A stretch of DNA of 63,796 bases, the filler included, from Octopus bimaculoides (Eukaryota): assembly GCF_001194135.2 (NCBI RefSeq). It is 4 parts of 4 records of this genome, joined end to end, with 100 filler letters (N's around TTAATTAATTAA, not from the genome) between each part and the next. Parts side by side here need not be neighbours in the genome. Positions count along the whole stretch, not along the records: positions 1 to 24,834 come from NC_068994.1; positions 24,935 to 45,549 come from NC_068981.1; 2 more parts are not named here. One strand, given 5' to 3'. The notes below the pieces were generated by a model. The model saw nothing but the letters and a program-made list of their open reading frames with translations. It did no database searches and was not told the origin of the DNA. The translations under genes and the position numbers were made by a program. Position 1 is the stretch's first letter. Each line of letters begins with the position of its first letter. This document shows, in pieces, positions 24,231-35,476 of this stretch.

Positions 24231-24878
24231 CACCATTACTCACAATATTTTGTTCTTTCATTGTCAGTCATATGAGGTAGCGATTATCAGTTTGCGCAAT
24301 TACCAGTGTTTTTATTGTGACGCCATCACTAGATGTATCATTAATCAGCTCATGAGGAGGAGGAGGCTCCACCCGTTTCTTTTCATTATTATCATTATTA
24401 TAATCACTGATATCACTGATATTATTGTTCTTATGTGTAGTAGCAGCAGTGGTTGCAGCAACAGCAACAGTAGGCCTCAGATTCCTGTGCTATCATAATA
24501 GTAGTTGTAGTGTTAATGTAGTGTTAGTAGTATTTAGTATTAGCAGCTGCAGCATATTATTGTTTTTATTTTACCACCACCACCACCACCATTATTTTAG
24601 GGAAAAGTTGGGTAGCAGTTTGGTGAATAGATCATAACGTACAGGTCTATAAATAGATTCGGCAAATGGTGGGGAGGTCAGCCATAGACACAAAAGACTC
24701 TTCGCACCTTTTAGGTCAGCAGAGGTCAAATGTGTTCACTACTACCAGTGGATACTGGAGGCGCTGCCATGAAAAGAAGCAATTCAACCTATTCTATTTG
24801 TAATTACTGGTAGAAAAAAAAAACAATAATATATNNNNNNNNNNNNNNNNNNNNNNNNNNNNNNNNNNNNNNNNNNNN

Positions 24879-24890
24879 TTAATTAATTAA
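24879..24890. other. Synthetic scaffolding spacer N44-TTAATTAATTAA-N44
   Basis: An identical 100-bp construct occurs three times in the window. The 12-mer gives stop codons in all six frames. Confidence 0.95.
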
Positions 24891-24934
24891 NNNNNNNNNN
24901 NNNNNNNNNNNNNNNNNNNNNNNNNNNNNNNNNN

Positions 24935-24987
<53 letters not shown>

Positions 24988-25404
24988 AATACACCTGCAG
25001 TTAAGTACCAGAGCAACGTCTTGTACCGTGTTCAAAGTGTTTCTTTATCGAGAAAGGGTTTAAATATACTGTTATGCGCACATGTGTATACATTTGATAT
25101 AATCTCACTAACATACATTATGCATTTATATGCATGCATAAATATCTATCTATCTATCTATCTACCCAACATAGTCTGTTATCAAATATGCTATCAATTT
25201 GACTGATATTTTTTCTATATTTTTTATCATGTTGGAAATACTCCTTTTGCCCGTTTCTCATCCTCATGAAGATAATAGGAAAGCGTTCAATTTTCTAAAT
25301 GATCACGGAAGAAACCCACTTTAGTAACCATAACAGGTCCTAGATTATGGGAGGAATAATATACTTCAATCAGATTTGTGGTTTTTAGAAACTGGTTTCA
25401 TTAA

Positions 25405-25638
25405 GCGGCAAGCTCGCAGAAACGTTAGCACGTCGGGCGAAATGCTTAGCCGTATTTCGTCTGAGTTACGTTCTGAGTTGAAATTCCGCCGATGGTCGAC
25501 TTTGCCTTTCATCCTTTCGGGATTGATAAATTAAGTGCCAGTTACGCACTGGGGTTGATGTAATCGACTTAATCCCTTTGTCTGTCCTTGTTTGTCCCCT
25601 CTGTGTTTAGCCCCTTGTGGGCAATAAAATAAGAAATA
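25405..25638 (+). mobile_element. SINE family A, full length, 18-bp TSD
   Basis: TSD AGAAAC(T/A)GGTTTCATTAA at 25387-25404 and 25639-25656 (17/18 identical). Confidence 0.93.
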
Positions 25639-25856
25639 AGAAACAGGTTTCATTAAACTCATAAATAGCTCATCTTTCCTTACTGTTCGTATCTTAAACC
25701 TAACAATGATATCTTGCTTCAACTTTCGTAACCTGGACAGCATATTTTTCACATATTTCAAAGTGTCAAGTATCTTATCTTAAAGCTTTAATAAATTGTT
25801 GTATGAAATCTAGTTTGATACAAAGGATATAAAGGGTATCCATAAAATACCTTTAC

Positions 25857-25996
25857 AGGCGCAGCCGTGGCTGTGTGGTAAGAAGCTTGCTTTCCAAACA
25901 CATGGTTTCGGGTTCAGTCCTACTGCATGGCAATAGTCTCGGGATGACTAAAGCCTTGTGAGTGGATTTGATAGACAGAAACTGAAAGAAGCCTAC
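25857..25996 (+). mobile_element. SINE family B, 5' part
   Basis: AGGCGCAGCCGTGGCTGTGTGGTAAGAAGCTTGC..GGGTTCAGTCC..GTGAGTGGATTTGATAGACAGAAACTGAAAGAAGCC. Confidence 0.9.
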
Positions 25997-26237
25997 CCCA
26001 TATATATATATATGGTTTCATAACTTCCAGTTTTATATACCGAAAGACCATTTAGTATAAAAACAAATACATTTCCAAATCACCATAAGAAGCTTCATCA
26101 AAATGATTTTATCTGTCTTGCCGCCTTTTTTGGCAATTAGTATCAAATGACACATTCTATATCTGATGAGCTATATCCCTCCTTAGGGAGCTAATACAGA
26201 AGCGCTTTTCGGTGCCTTGTATGTATTCTCTGATGTG

Positions 26238-26650
26238 TAGGTGGTGACCTGGCAGAATCGTCTAGAGCACTGGCGGTGAGTTGTCAGAAACGTTAGCACG
26301 CCGGGTGAAATGCTAAGCGGTATTTCGTCTGACATTACGTTCTGAGTTCAAATTTCGCCGAGGTCGACTTTGCCGTTCATCCTTTCGGAGTCGATAAATC
26401 AAGTACCAGTTTCGCACTGGGGTCGATGTAATTGATTTAATCCCTTTGTCTGTCCTTGTTTGTCCCCTCTACGTTTAGCCCCTTGTGGGCAATAAAAAAA
26501 AAGAATCGTCTGGAGCGTCGGACACAGTGCATTATGTTATGTACGTTCTTAGTTCAATTTTTGCCGTGATCAACTACTTTCTTCAACACCCTGAAATCAA
26601 TAAAACAAAGTAACTATGAGATACTGGTCAATGACATCGATTTACTCCTC
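26238..26650 (+). mobile_element. Old family-A-like SINE split by a younger insertion
   Basis: Head AGGTGGTGACCTGGCAGAATCG at 26238-26268. The decayed body resumes at ~26517 (CGTTCTTAGTTCAATTTTTGCCG..CATCGATTTACTCC). Confidence 0.7.
26272..26501 (+). mobile_element. SINE family A, full length, nested, 15-bp TSD
   Basis: TSD AGAATCGTCT(A/G)GAGC at 26254-26268 and 26502-26516. Confidence 0.93.
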
Positions 26651-26684
26651 ACCAAAAAATTAGAAAAACTAAGTAAATAGAAAA

Positions 26685-27113
26685 AGGCGCACCAGAGACT
26701 GTATGGTAAGAAGCTTGCTTCCGATCCGAATATGGTTCTGCGTTCAGTCCTATTGCGTGGCATTTTAGGCAAATGTATACTACTACAGCCTCAGGTCAAC
26801 CAAAACCTTGTGAGTGGATATGATGGACGGAAACTGAATAAAGCTCGTCGTATATTCGTAGATGTATATATCTATGAGTGTGTGTGTGTGTGTGATTTTG
26901 TGCTTGTGTATGTAACACCCACCCACCACAACCGTTTGACAACCGGCGTCGGTGTGCTTACGTCCAGTAATCTTGCTGTTCGGCAAAAGAGAAAATCGAA
27001 TCAGTAACAAGCTCTAAAAAATGTCCTGGAGTGTATTTGTTCGACTAAAACCTTTCAAGGCATGCCCCAACATGGCTGCAGTATAATGACTGGAGCAAGT
27101 AAAAGAAAAAAGA
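26685..27113 (+). mobile_element. SINE family B, full length (~430 bp), diverged
   Basis: tRNA-like head, central TA/TG microsatellite and 3' half ending CATGGCTGCAGTATAATGACTGGAGCAAGTAAAAG. Confidence 0.88.
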
Positions 27114-27363
27114 CGAGATAAATAAATAAAAAGGTGTTTTTGTGCCTAAATCAGAAACAATGCTTTATTTATTAATCTAATCTTCCTTTCTAATTCTTTT
27201 CATGGGTTTTGTAAGAGATAACTTTGTCCTCTTAAAAACATATTCTTGTGGATATATTGCTTGAATTTCAGATTAATAGAATTCTTTGTGTCGAACGACA
27301 CAGCTTCGGTATTTTTCTTAAATTGTTAAAAACTTTTTTTATTTGTTGTTTCTATTTCTGGGA

Positions 27364-27364
<1 letters not shown>

Positions 27365-27428
<64 letters not shown>

Positions 27429-27475
27429 GTTTGTCTGTCCGTCAGTCTGTCTGTCTGTCTAATTATCTATATGTA

Positions 27476-27527
<52 letters not shown>

Positions 27528-27620
27528 TATGTGAGTGCGAGTGTGTATGAGTGTGTGTGTGTGCATGAGTGTATATTTGCGTACGTATGTGAGTGCATGT
27601 GTGTGTGTGTGTGTACCTAC
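27365..27620. repeat. Compound (CTAT)n/(CTGT)n/(TA)n/(TG)n microsatellite
   Basis: Direct read. Confidence 0.95.
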
Positions 27621-28733
27621 TTACATATATGTCTATTTCGAAAGAGATATTCTTTCTCTTTCTCTCTCCTACTTTGTGTGTGTGCGTGTGTATATATGTG
27701 TTTATACATGAGTATAGACACAAATATGAATTCGCATATGTATACACATGCATATGTATATGTAGATAACTGCGAGTGAATCTTTGCAGGATAATCCATG
27801 CGACACACACACATACACACACACACACACACACAAATGCACACGCGCACATGTATATAGTGAAATAAATAAAAGCAGTTGTTTGTAAAACGATTAAGTG
27901 GATGTCCTCAAGCTGCCTGTCTCGTTGTAGTTCGACTCTGCAGGTTGTGGCAGTCGTGATTGTGGTGATAGGCATGATGTTGGCGTTGCTGCTGATGGCG
28001 GTAGTGGTTTTAGTGGTGGTGGCGGTGCTGGTGGTGGTGGTGGTGGTGATGGTGTTGGTGTAGGTAGTAGCGTTTGTGGTGTGGCTGGTCTACGATATGT
28101 CACTTCTTACACGAGACACCTTTTTGAAAGGAATTGAAACACCCAAACGCCAAAACACATGCGGCGTGTTAGATTAAGTACCACTGATAGATAATCCTAT
28201 CAAATCAAAATGTTTGTGCTTCTGTGTGGGCATGTAGGGGTCGGAACGGTCGGCAGGAGCGGGTTTAATTAGCTGAAACAAAAAAAAAAACAATAAAATA
28301 AAAAATAAAACAGAACTAACATAACGAATAAAAATATAAGTACAAACGCCATTATCCGCATTTCNNNNNNNNNNNNNNNNNNNNNNNNNNNNNNNNNNNN
28401 NNNNNNNNNNNNNNNNNNNNNNNNNNNNNNNNNNNNNNNNNNNNNNNNNNNNNNNNNNNNNNNNNNNNNNNNNNNNNNNNNNNNNNNNNNNNNNNNNNNN
28501 NNNNNNNNNNNNNNNNNNNNNNNNNNNNNNNNNNNNNNNNNNNNNNNNNNNNNNNNNNNNNNNNNNNNNNNNNNNNNNNNNNNNNNNNNNNNNNNNNNNN
28601 NNNNNNNNNNNNNNNNNNNNNNNNNNNNNNNNNNNNNNNNNNNNNNNNNNNNNNNNNNNNNNNNNNNNNNNNNNNNNNNNNNNNNNNNNNNNNNNNNNNN
28701 NNNNNNNNNNNNNNNTATATATATATATATATA

Positions 28734-28765
<32 letters not shown>

Positions 28766-30155
28766 CATATATATATATATATTTGCACGTATATACATGT
28801 ATGTGTGTGTGAATATAGAGTTAAATCAATATAAAAAAGAATGTGTAAGAATATTTAAAATGTAAAAGCAAAAGCAGCCCTCTCTTTTCCGTAGTCAAGT
28901 GTATTCTCCATCACGGAAGACAGATGAAAGCCCATTTATTTATATAGATGCCCTGAGGTGAGATCGTTTCTGTAAACAAACGCACACACCAAGCAGCACG
29001 CGTTCTCCTCTTTTTATTCACATATAATTATGCATGTATTTCTCCTGCACACATTTTCTTTTCATATACATAAGTGTTTAATTATTTTGGCAAGGTGGGA
29101 AAGGGCAGAGGGCTAATTGTGTGTTTGTGTGTGAAAAACGGGTCCTGTGTGCGAGCACACGCGAGCGTGTGTATGTGTGCCTGTAAGAATGGGGTGTGTG
29201 TCTTTGTATGTGTGTGACTTCTGAATAGGGAGGCACTTGGTATACGGTATACGCCTGCATAGACTTATCTAAATGCATGTACGCATGAATATACACACGC
29301 GTATTGTTACATATGAGCACTTACGTGCATGCAATGATATATACATTCAGAAATTTAGACGGTACCGTTTGCGTGTATGTGTTTTGTTTTACGCGTGAGC
29401 ATGTGTGTGCGTGTATGCGTGTGTGAGAATGTGTCTGTGTGTGTGTAGGCTGCCTTAGTTTCTCATAATTTAAAGTCTCGTGGTTGTAGAACACACACGC
29501 TGCATATATGTATATATATATATATATATATATNNNNNNNNNNNNNNNNNNNNNNNNNNNNNNNNNNNNNNNNNNNNNNNNNNNNNNNNNNNNNNNNNNN
29601 NNNNNNNNNNNNNNNNNNNNNNNNNNNNNNNNNNNNNNNNNNNNNNNNNNNNNNNNNNNNNNNNNNNNNNNNNNNNNNNNNNNNNNNNNNNNNNNNNNNN
29701 NNNNNNNNNNNNNNNNNNNNNNNNNNNNNNNNNNNNNNNNNNNNNNNNNNNNNNNNNNNNNNNNNNNNNNNNNNNNNNNNNNNNNNNNNNNNNNNNNNNN
29801 NNNNNNNNNNNNNNNNNNNNNNNNNNNNNNNNNNNNNNNNNNNNNNNNNNNNNNNNNNNNNNNNNNNNNNNNNNNNNNNNNNNNNNNNNNNNNNNNNNNN
29901 NNNNNNNNNNNNNNNNNNNNNNNNNNNNNNNNNNNNNNNNNNNNNNNNNNNNNNNNNNNNNNNNNNNNNNNNNNNNNNNNNNNNNNNNNNNNNNNNNNNN
30001 NNNNNNNNNNNNNNNNNNNNNNNNNNNNNNNNNNNNNNNNNNNNNNNNNNNNNNNNNNNNNNNNNNNNNNNNNNNNNNNNNNNNNNNNNNNNNNNNNNNN
30101 NNNNNNNNNNNNNNNNNNNNNNNNNNNNNNNNNNNNNNNNNNNNNNNNNNNNNNN

Positions 30156-30194
<39 letters not shown>

Positions 30195-30479
30195 ATATTT
30201 ATGTGTGAGTGTGTGTGTGTGTGTGTGTCAGGGATATATGAATGTATGTATGTCATTGTTCAGTTTTATTTCAAGTTTTCTTGACGTTAGAGAAAGAGCC
30301 GGTTCTAACTCATATCCAAGACTCCTTCATTAGAATTTCAACATCAACAACTGGGTGTTTTTGTTTGTATGTATGTATGTATATGTGCAGATATGTATGT
30401 TTTGCTTTATGTATGTATTCACATATAGTTGCATATCTAGAGATGCTCATATATATTTAAATGATAAACTTATGGAAAG

Positions 30480-31100
30480 TTTTATAGATTTTTACAGTTC
30501 TAGTAACGGATTAGATCTGCAGTTTTCGAATTAGTTTTCTCTTTCCTGGTTTTATGAAGGCTAATTTCTCAAGATTGGTATTTAGGCGGTGTGTTACATA
30601 CCCCAAGCCCCAATAATTACAGGTATAAATCTGAACTTGTAATCTGGATAGAGTAACTGTAAATATCTCAAGAGTTTTTCTTTCATCTCTATCCCTTTTG
30701 TGCATCAGGTATTTGGTTGATATTTCCTGTTCCTGGATTTCAAACGCATACCCTTCAAAGTGGGACTTAGTAATCCGGCTATTGGTCCATGATAGACTGC
30801 TTTGATGATCGCTGTTACTATTCATCTCGGAGCTCTCTACAAACACATCCATCCATGCATAGCCTTCTGCTCATAGAGGCTCGTCCTTTCATCTGAAGAT
30901 ACGTTGCGGTAGAGACGTGCGACTTCTTTGGGCATGGATTCTAGGTTATCAGACAAAGAGTGTTGCCCAAGGAGCTGCTTTCCAAATCTTATGATGTTAT
31001 CAGCCACATATATGCAAACTTGGTCAAGGGATTCACTTTGACACTTGGTGGTTAAAAGATGTTGCCGAAGGGATATGATGCGACATTCAAAGGCATTATG
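30480..31100 (-). mobile_element. R4/Dong-like LINE 3' relic with internal deletion
   Basis: EQKAMHG..KSHFEGYAFEIQEQEISTKYL is joined almost directly to YKFRFIPVIIGAWG..KLIRKLQI*SVTRTVKIYKTF (C-terminus). The CCHC finger and PD-D/ExK region are not seen. Confidence 0.7.
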
Positions 31101-32400
31101 GATTGAGGTTAAGCCTCTGTCTTGTTTTCGTTTTAGGTTATAGACAGTCTACATCACTGTTTATGTGGAAATCATGTGTCCTTGTTAGTATTTTTCGGGT
31201 TTTCACATCAATGACTCGAATCTCATCAAGCGTCCTATCAAGTAGCCCAAATGTTGGCTTGAGTCATGGCACGGCAAACATTGTGGGCCACTGTTTTATT
31301 GAATGCAGAGAGTTCTGAGATCCAAATTTTCTTTATTCGGCAGTAATATACTTTACTGACAAGTGTTTTGTTACAGGTACCATTGTAAGATATATTTTCA
31401 TCCATCCCTATAAACCTGTAACATTCCTAGTCAGATACAGGAGAAACGTATATTTGCATGCATGTATGTATGTATATATGTATGTAAATGTGTATGTATG
31501 TTTGTTTGTATGTATGTATATATGTATGTATGTCAGTTCACATGGAATCCATCACAACTTGTTGCATCGTTGGATCAGAGACTAAATTGGCACCACCCAT
31601 TAGGCTTACCTGTCGAGGAAAGTTGCTGGAAACCCGTCAGGACTAAAACCAAGACCAGTCGAAAAGATAACAACCCTGACACTCAGAGATTCTAGACTGA
31701 TGTCTGGCATGCTGGAAGACCTTTGGGCGTGAGGTCCCACTCAGGCATTCGTAAACCATTTCTCTAGGAAATCTCACTCTGGTATAAAAACGGGATATGC
31801 TGATTATGATATGGAACATTTTAGGGATCTTTTGCTGCACTTAAGATCATAGCACTCCCGCATTCCTGAGCCTGTCACCCATATTGACACTGAATACCTT
31901 ACCCTGGATTGGGCGTGGATCGTTTCAATAGCATTTCTAGGGTGTAAGAAGTCTTGCATAAGGCTTACAAGATTTAGAATTTTGCACAAGCATTGCTCTG
32001 TCCTTGATGGCCATATACGTCTACGAGTAGAAAGCCATCATATATGCATGTACAAATTTCGATGTATAAACACTAGAAGTAATACTAACCTCTGATAGAA
32101 TCTGATAATTAAGGTTCAGTTCGTAGTAAGTGTGACTTCTCCACTAGGGTTGAGGAAGTTGTCAAAAAATAAACAAGCGAAACCTGTGTTACGCACAGAA
32201 TGGACAGCCAAAAGCCAAACAGAGAAATGACTGTAACATTTTGATATGATACATATATCTGTCCACTCTACGTACTGAGTTTTTTTTATCAGATTTTGTT
32301 TGAACCATGTAAACTATAGTTTATATACTCTATTACTATCACTTACTATAGATATATTTCTATGTATGTATGTATGTATATATGTATGTATGTATGTATG

Positions 32401-32444
<44 letters not shown>

Positions 32445-32460
32445 CCTTCTTCTCTCCCAC

Positions 32461-32499
<39 letters not shown>

Positions 32500-32523
32500 T
32501 ACACACCAATACTATAACTTACT

Positions 32524-32757
32524 AGGGCGGCGAGCTGAAGAATCGTTAGCACGCCAGGCGAAATGCTCAGCGGTATTTTGTCTGCCGTTACGTTCTGAGT
32601 TCCAATTTCGACGAGGTTGACTTTGCCTTTCATCCTTTCGAGGTTGACTAAATAAGTACCAGTTACACACTGAGATCGATGTAATCGACTTAATCCCTTT
32701 GTCCTTGTTTGTACCCTCTATGTTTATCCCACCGCCTGTAGGCAATAAAAAAATAAT
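32524..32757 (+). mobile_element. SINE family A, full length, probable 14-bp TSD
   Basis: TACTATAACTTACT (32510-32523) versus TACTATCAGTTACT (32758-32771), 12/14 identical. Confidence 0.9.
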
Positions 32758-34217
32758 TACTATCAGTTACTATCTATTTATTTATCTATCTCCCCTCCTC
32801 TCTCTCTGTATGTAAATGTATATATATATATATATATATATATNNNNNNNNNNNNNNNNNNNNNNNNNNNNNNNNNNNNNNNNNNNNNNNNNNNNNNNNN
32901 NNNNNNNNNNNNNNNNNNNNNNNNNNNNNNNNNNNNNNNNNNNNNNNNNNNNNNNNNNNNNNNNNNNNNNNNNNNNNNNNNNNNNNNNNNNNNNNNNNNN
33001 NNNNNNNNNNNNNNNNNNNNNNNNNNNNNNNNNNNNNNNNNNNNNNNNNNNNNNNNNNNNNNNNNNNNNNNNNNNNNNNNNNNNNNNNNNNNNNNNNNNN
33101 NNNNNNNNNNNNNNNNNNNNNNNNNNNNNNNNNNNNNNNNNNNNNNNNNNNNNNNNNNNNNNNNNNNNNNNNNNNNNNNNNNNNNNNNNNNNNNNNNNNN
33201 NNNNNNNNNNNNNNNNNNNNNNNNNNNNNNNNNNNNNNNNNNNNNNNNNNNNNNNNNNNNNNNNNNNNNNNNNNNNNNNNNNNNNNNNNNNNNNNNNNNN
33301 NNNNNNNNNNNNNNNNNNNNNNNNNNNNNNNNNNNNNNNNNNNNNNNNNNNNNNNNNNNNNNNNNNNNNNNNNNNNNNNNNNNNNNNNNNNNNNNNNNNN
33401 NNNNNNNNNNNNNNNNNNNNNNNNNNNNNNNNNNNNNNNNNNNNNNNNNNNNNNNNNNNNNNNNNNNNNNNNNNNNNNNNNNNNNNNNNNNNNNNNNNNN
33501 NNNNNNNNNNNNNNNNNNNNNNNNNNNNNNNNNNNNNNNNNNNNNNNNNNNNNNNNNNNNNNNNNNNNNNNNNNNNNNNNNNNNNNNNNNNNNNNNNNNN
33601 NNNNNNNNNNNNNNNNNNNNNNNNNNNNNNNNNNNNNNNNNNNNNNNNNNNNNNNNNNNNNNNNNNNNNNNNNNNNNNNNNNNNNNNNNNNNNNNNNNNN
33701 NNNNNNNNNNNNNNNNNNNNNNNNNNNNNNNNNNNNNNNNNNNNNNNNNNNNNNNNNNNNNNNNNNNNNNNNNNNNNNNNNNNNNTAAACAGCTTTAAAT
33801 CAAATGTTTTTCTTTTCTTTTCTTTTCTTATATTTTGATCTTGTCTCTTAAATTCTTTCAAATTAGAACGAATTGATTCTCTCATTTAAAATTCTCTATT
33901 TCAATATTAGCTTCTCTAAAACATTTTAAATGATTTCTTTCTTGACTTTCACTTCCGTCGTCTCTTTTTGTACTTTCAAGTGAGATGATGCGCTCTTTGT
34001 GGATTACGGCTTAAACATGATTATAATGACTGTGCAATCTTCCGAAAAAAATGGAGGGTGGTATGTGTAAGTGTGCAATAGTATGTGTTAGAATATCTGT
34101 GCTTGTTTGTGTGTGTACGCGTATTTATGTATGTTTATATATGTGTGCATATATATGTGTGCGTGTGAGTATATGTTTGCGTGTATGTGAGGTGTTTCAG
34201 TGGTGGTAGTAGTGACA

Positions 34218-34345
34218 AAGGCGGTGAATTGACAAAACTGTCAGAGCGTCGGTTTACTCTCTGCTCCGACTTTCTGCTCTCTTAGTTCGAACCCCACGGA
34301 GGTCACCTTTGTGTTTCATCCTTTGGAATACGATAAATAAAGCAG
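34218..34345 (+). mobile_element. SINE family A-like, heavily decayed
   Basis: AAGGCGGTGAATTGACAAAA..TTAGTTCGAACCCCACGGAGGTCACCTTTG..TTCATCCTTT..CGATAAA. Confidence 0.65.
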
Positions 34346-34394
34346 TAGAATAGGAAGTTTCTTATATATATATATATTTATATATATATATCTT

Positions 34395-34594
34395 TGTTTC
34401 TCTCTTTTTTCTCTCCTTGTTATTTTTTTCTCTCCTTGTCTCTTTTTTCACTCCTTGTTTCTTTCTGTGTTCCTTTCTGTGGAAGAGCGTAGGCTCGAAA
34501 CGTTAAAGACTTTTTCACTTCCCGAGCGTTATACTAATACATGTTTGTTGTCTACACAACCTGTCTTCGTCTTGTGTTTTTCTGTGAATTCTCC
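34395..34594 (+). mobile_element. Penelope-like terminal repeat, same family as 14026-14290, flanked by (TA)n on both sides
   Basis: Aligns with the reverse complement of 14136-14290. The hammerhead-like 36-mer at 34473-34508 is identical to the 14 kb copy. Confidence 0.65.
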
Positions 34595-35222
34595 ATATAT
34601 ATATATGTATATATGAATCAACGGCGTGTATGTGTGTGGAGAGATGAGTTTTGCTGTGTTACCTGGTGAGGAATTCTGTTCTCTGTTTCTGCATTAGTTT
34701 TGGCATATTGAAAGTGATGATTACCGTCATTGTTATTGCTGTTGCTACTGTTGACGATGAAGATGATGTTGATTTTGTTTAGCTACCAAAGGCGTTCAGA
34801 TCTTGATCACCCTATTCTTCTTTATTTTCAAGGCATAGTGTATCTTGGATTATGTTATACAATAATCCGTGGTCTGTTTGAACACTGCCTATTGGTCCTT
34901 AAGTACTTTTAATGGTATCCTCTCCATTGCAAGCATTGCTGGCCACGGCCCCGTCTGAAGTTTCTTTCCTCCTTCCCACTTGTCTCAACGACCCTGAAAA
35001 AGAATAAGGATTATGCAATTTCTCTTGACTAAAAACAAAAAATGCTCTTCCTTTCGTTTGTATTAAAATAATTTGGCTGCTGTTTCTAGCCGGTCTATCG
35101 AGCCCAAACAAATAGATTCACGATGGCAGGTGATAGCTTATGTGTTATTTTTCTTGGAGTTGTGTTGATGGTGGTAGAAGTAGAAACATTGACTTTTTAA
35201 AGGCGTTTGGATTTGTTTAGAT

Positions 35223-35427
35223 CAGCGTTTCTCAACCGGGGTTCCCCAGAACCCTAGGGTTCTGCAAAGGGTTCCTAGGGGTTCCGCAAGAAAGAGCGGG
35301 TTAAGCTAATGCTAATTCCATGATCTTAATATTACTATCCATGCACAACATATTATTGGTTATTGCAATATTGTAATATAGACATCATCCTATCTAACCT
35401 ATCATGTTATCAAAAAATATAACAACC

Positions 35428-35476
<49 letters not shown>

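Noticed and set aside
26160-26210. CTGATGAG plus hairpin as a hammerhead
   Set aside because: The stem (GCT..CCCT-CCTT-AGGG-AGC) is followed by TAATAC, not GAAA, so the second core half is missing.
31560-32150. Continuation of the Dong-like relic or a separate LINE
   Set aside because: It looks repeat-derived, but I could not read any diagnostic motif in any frame, so it is left unannotated.
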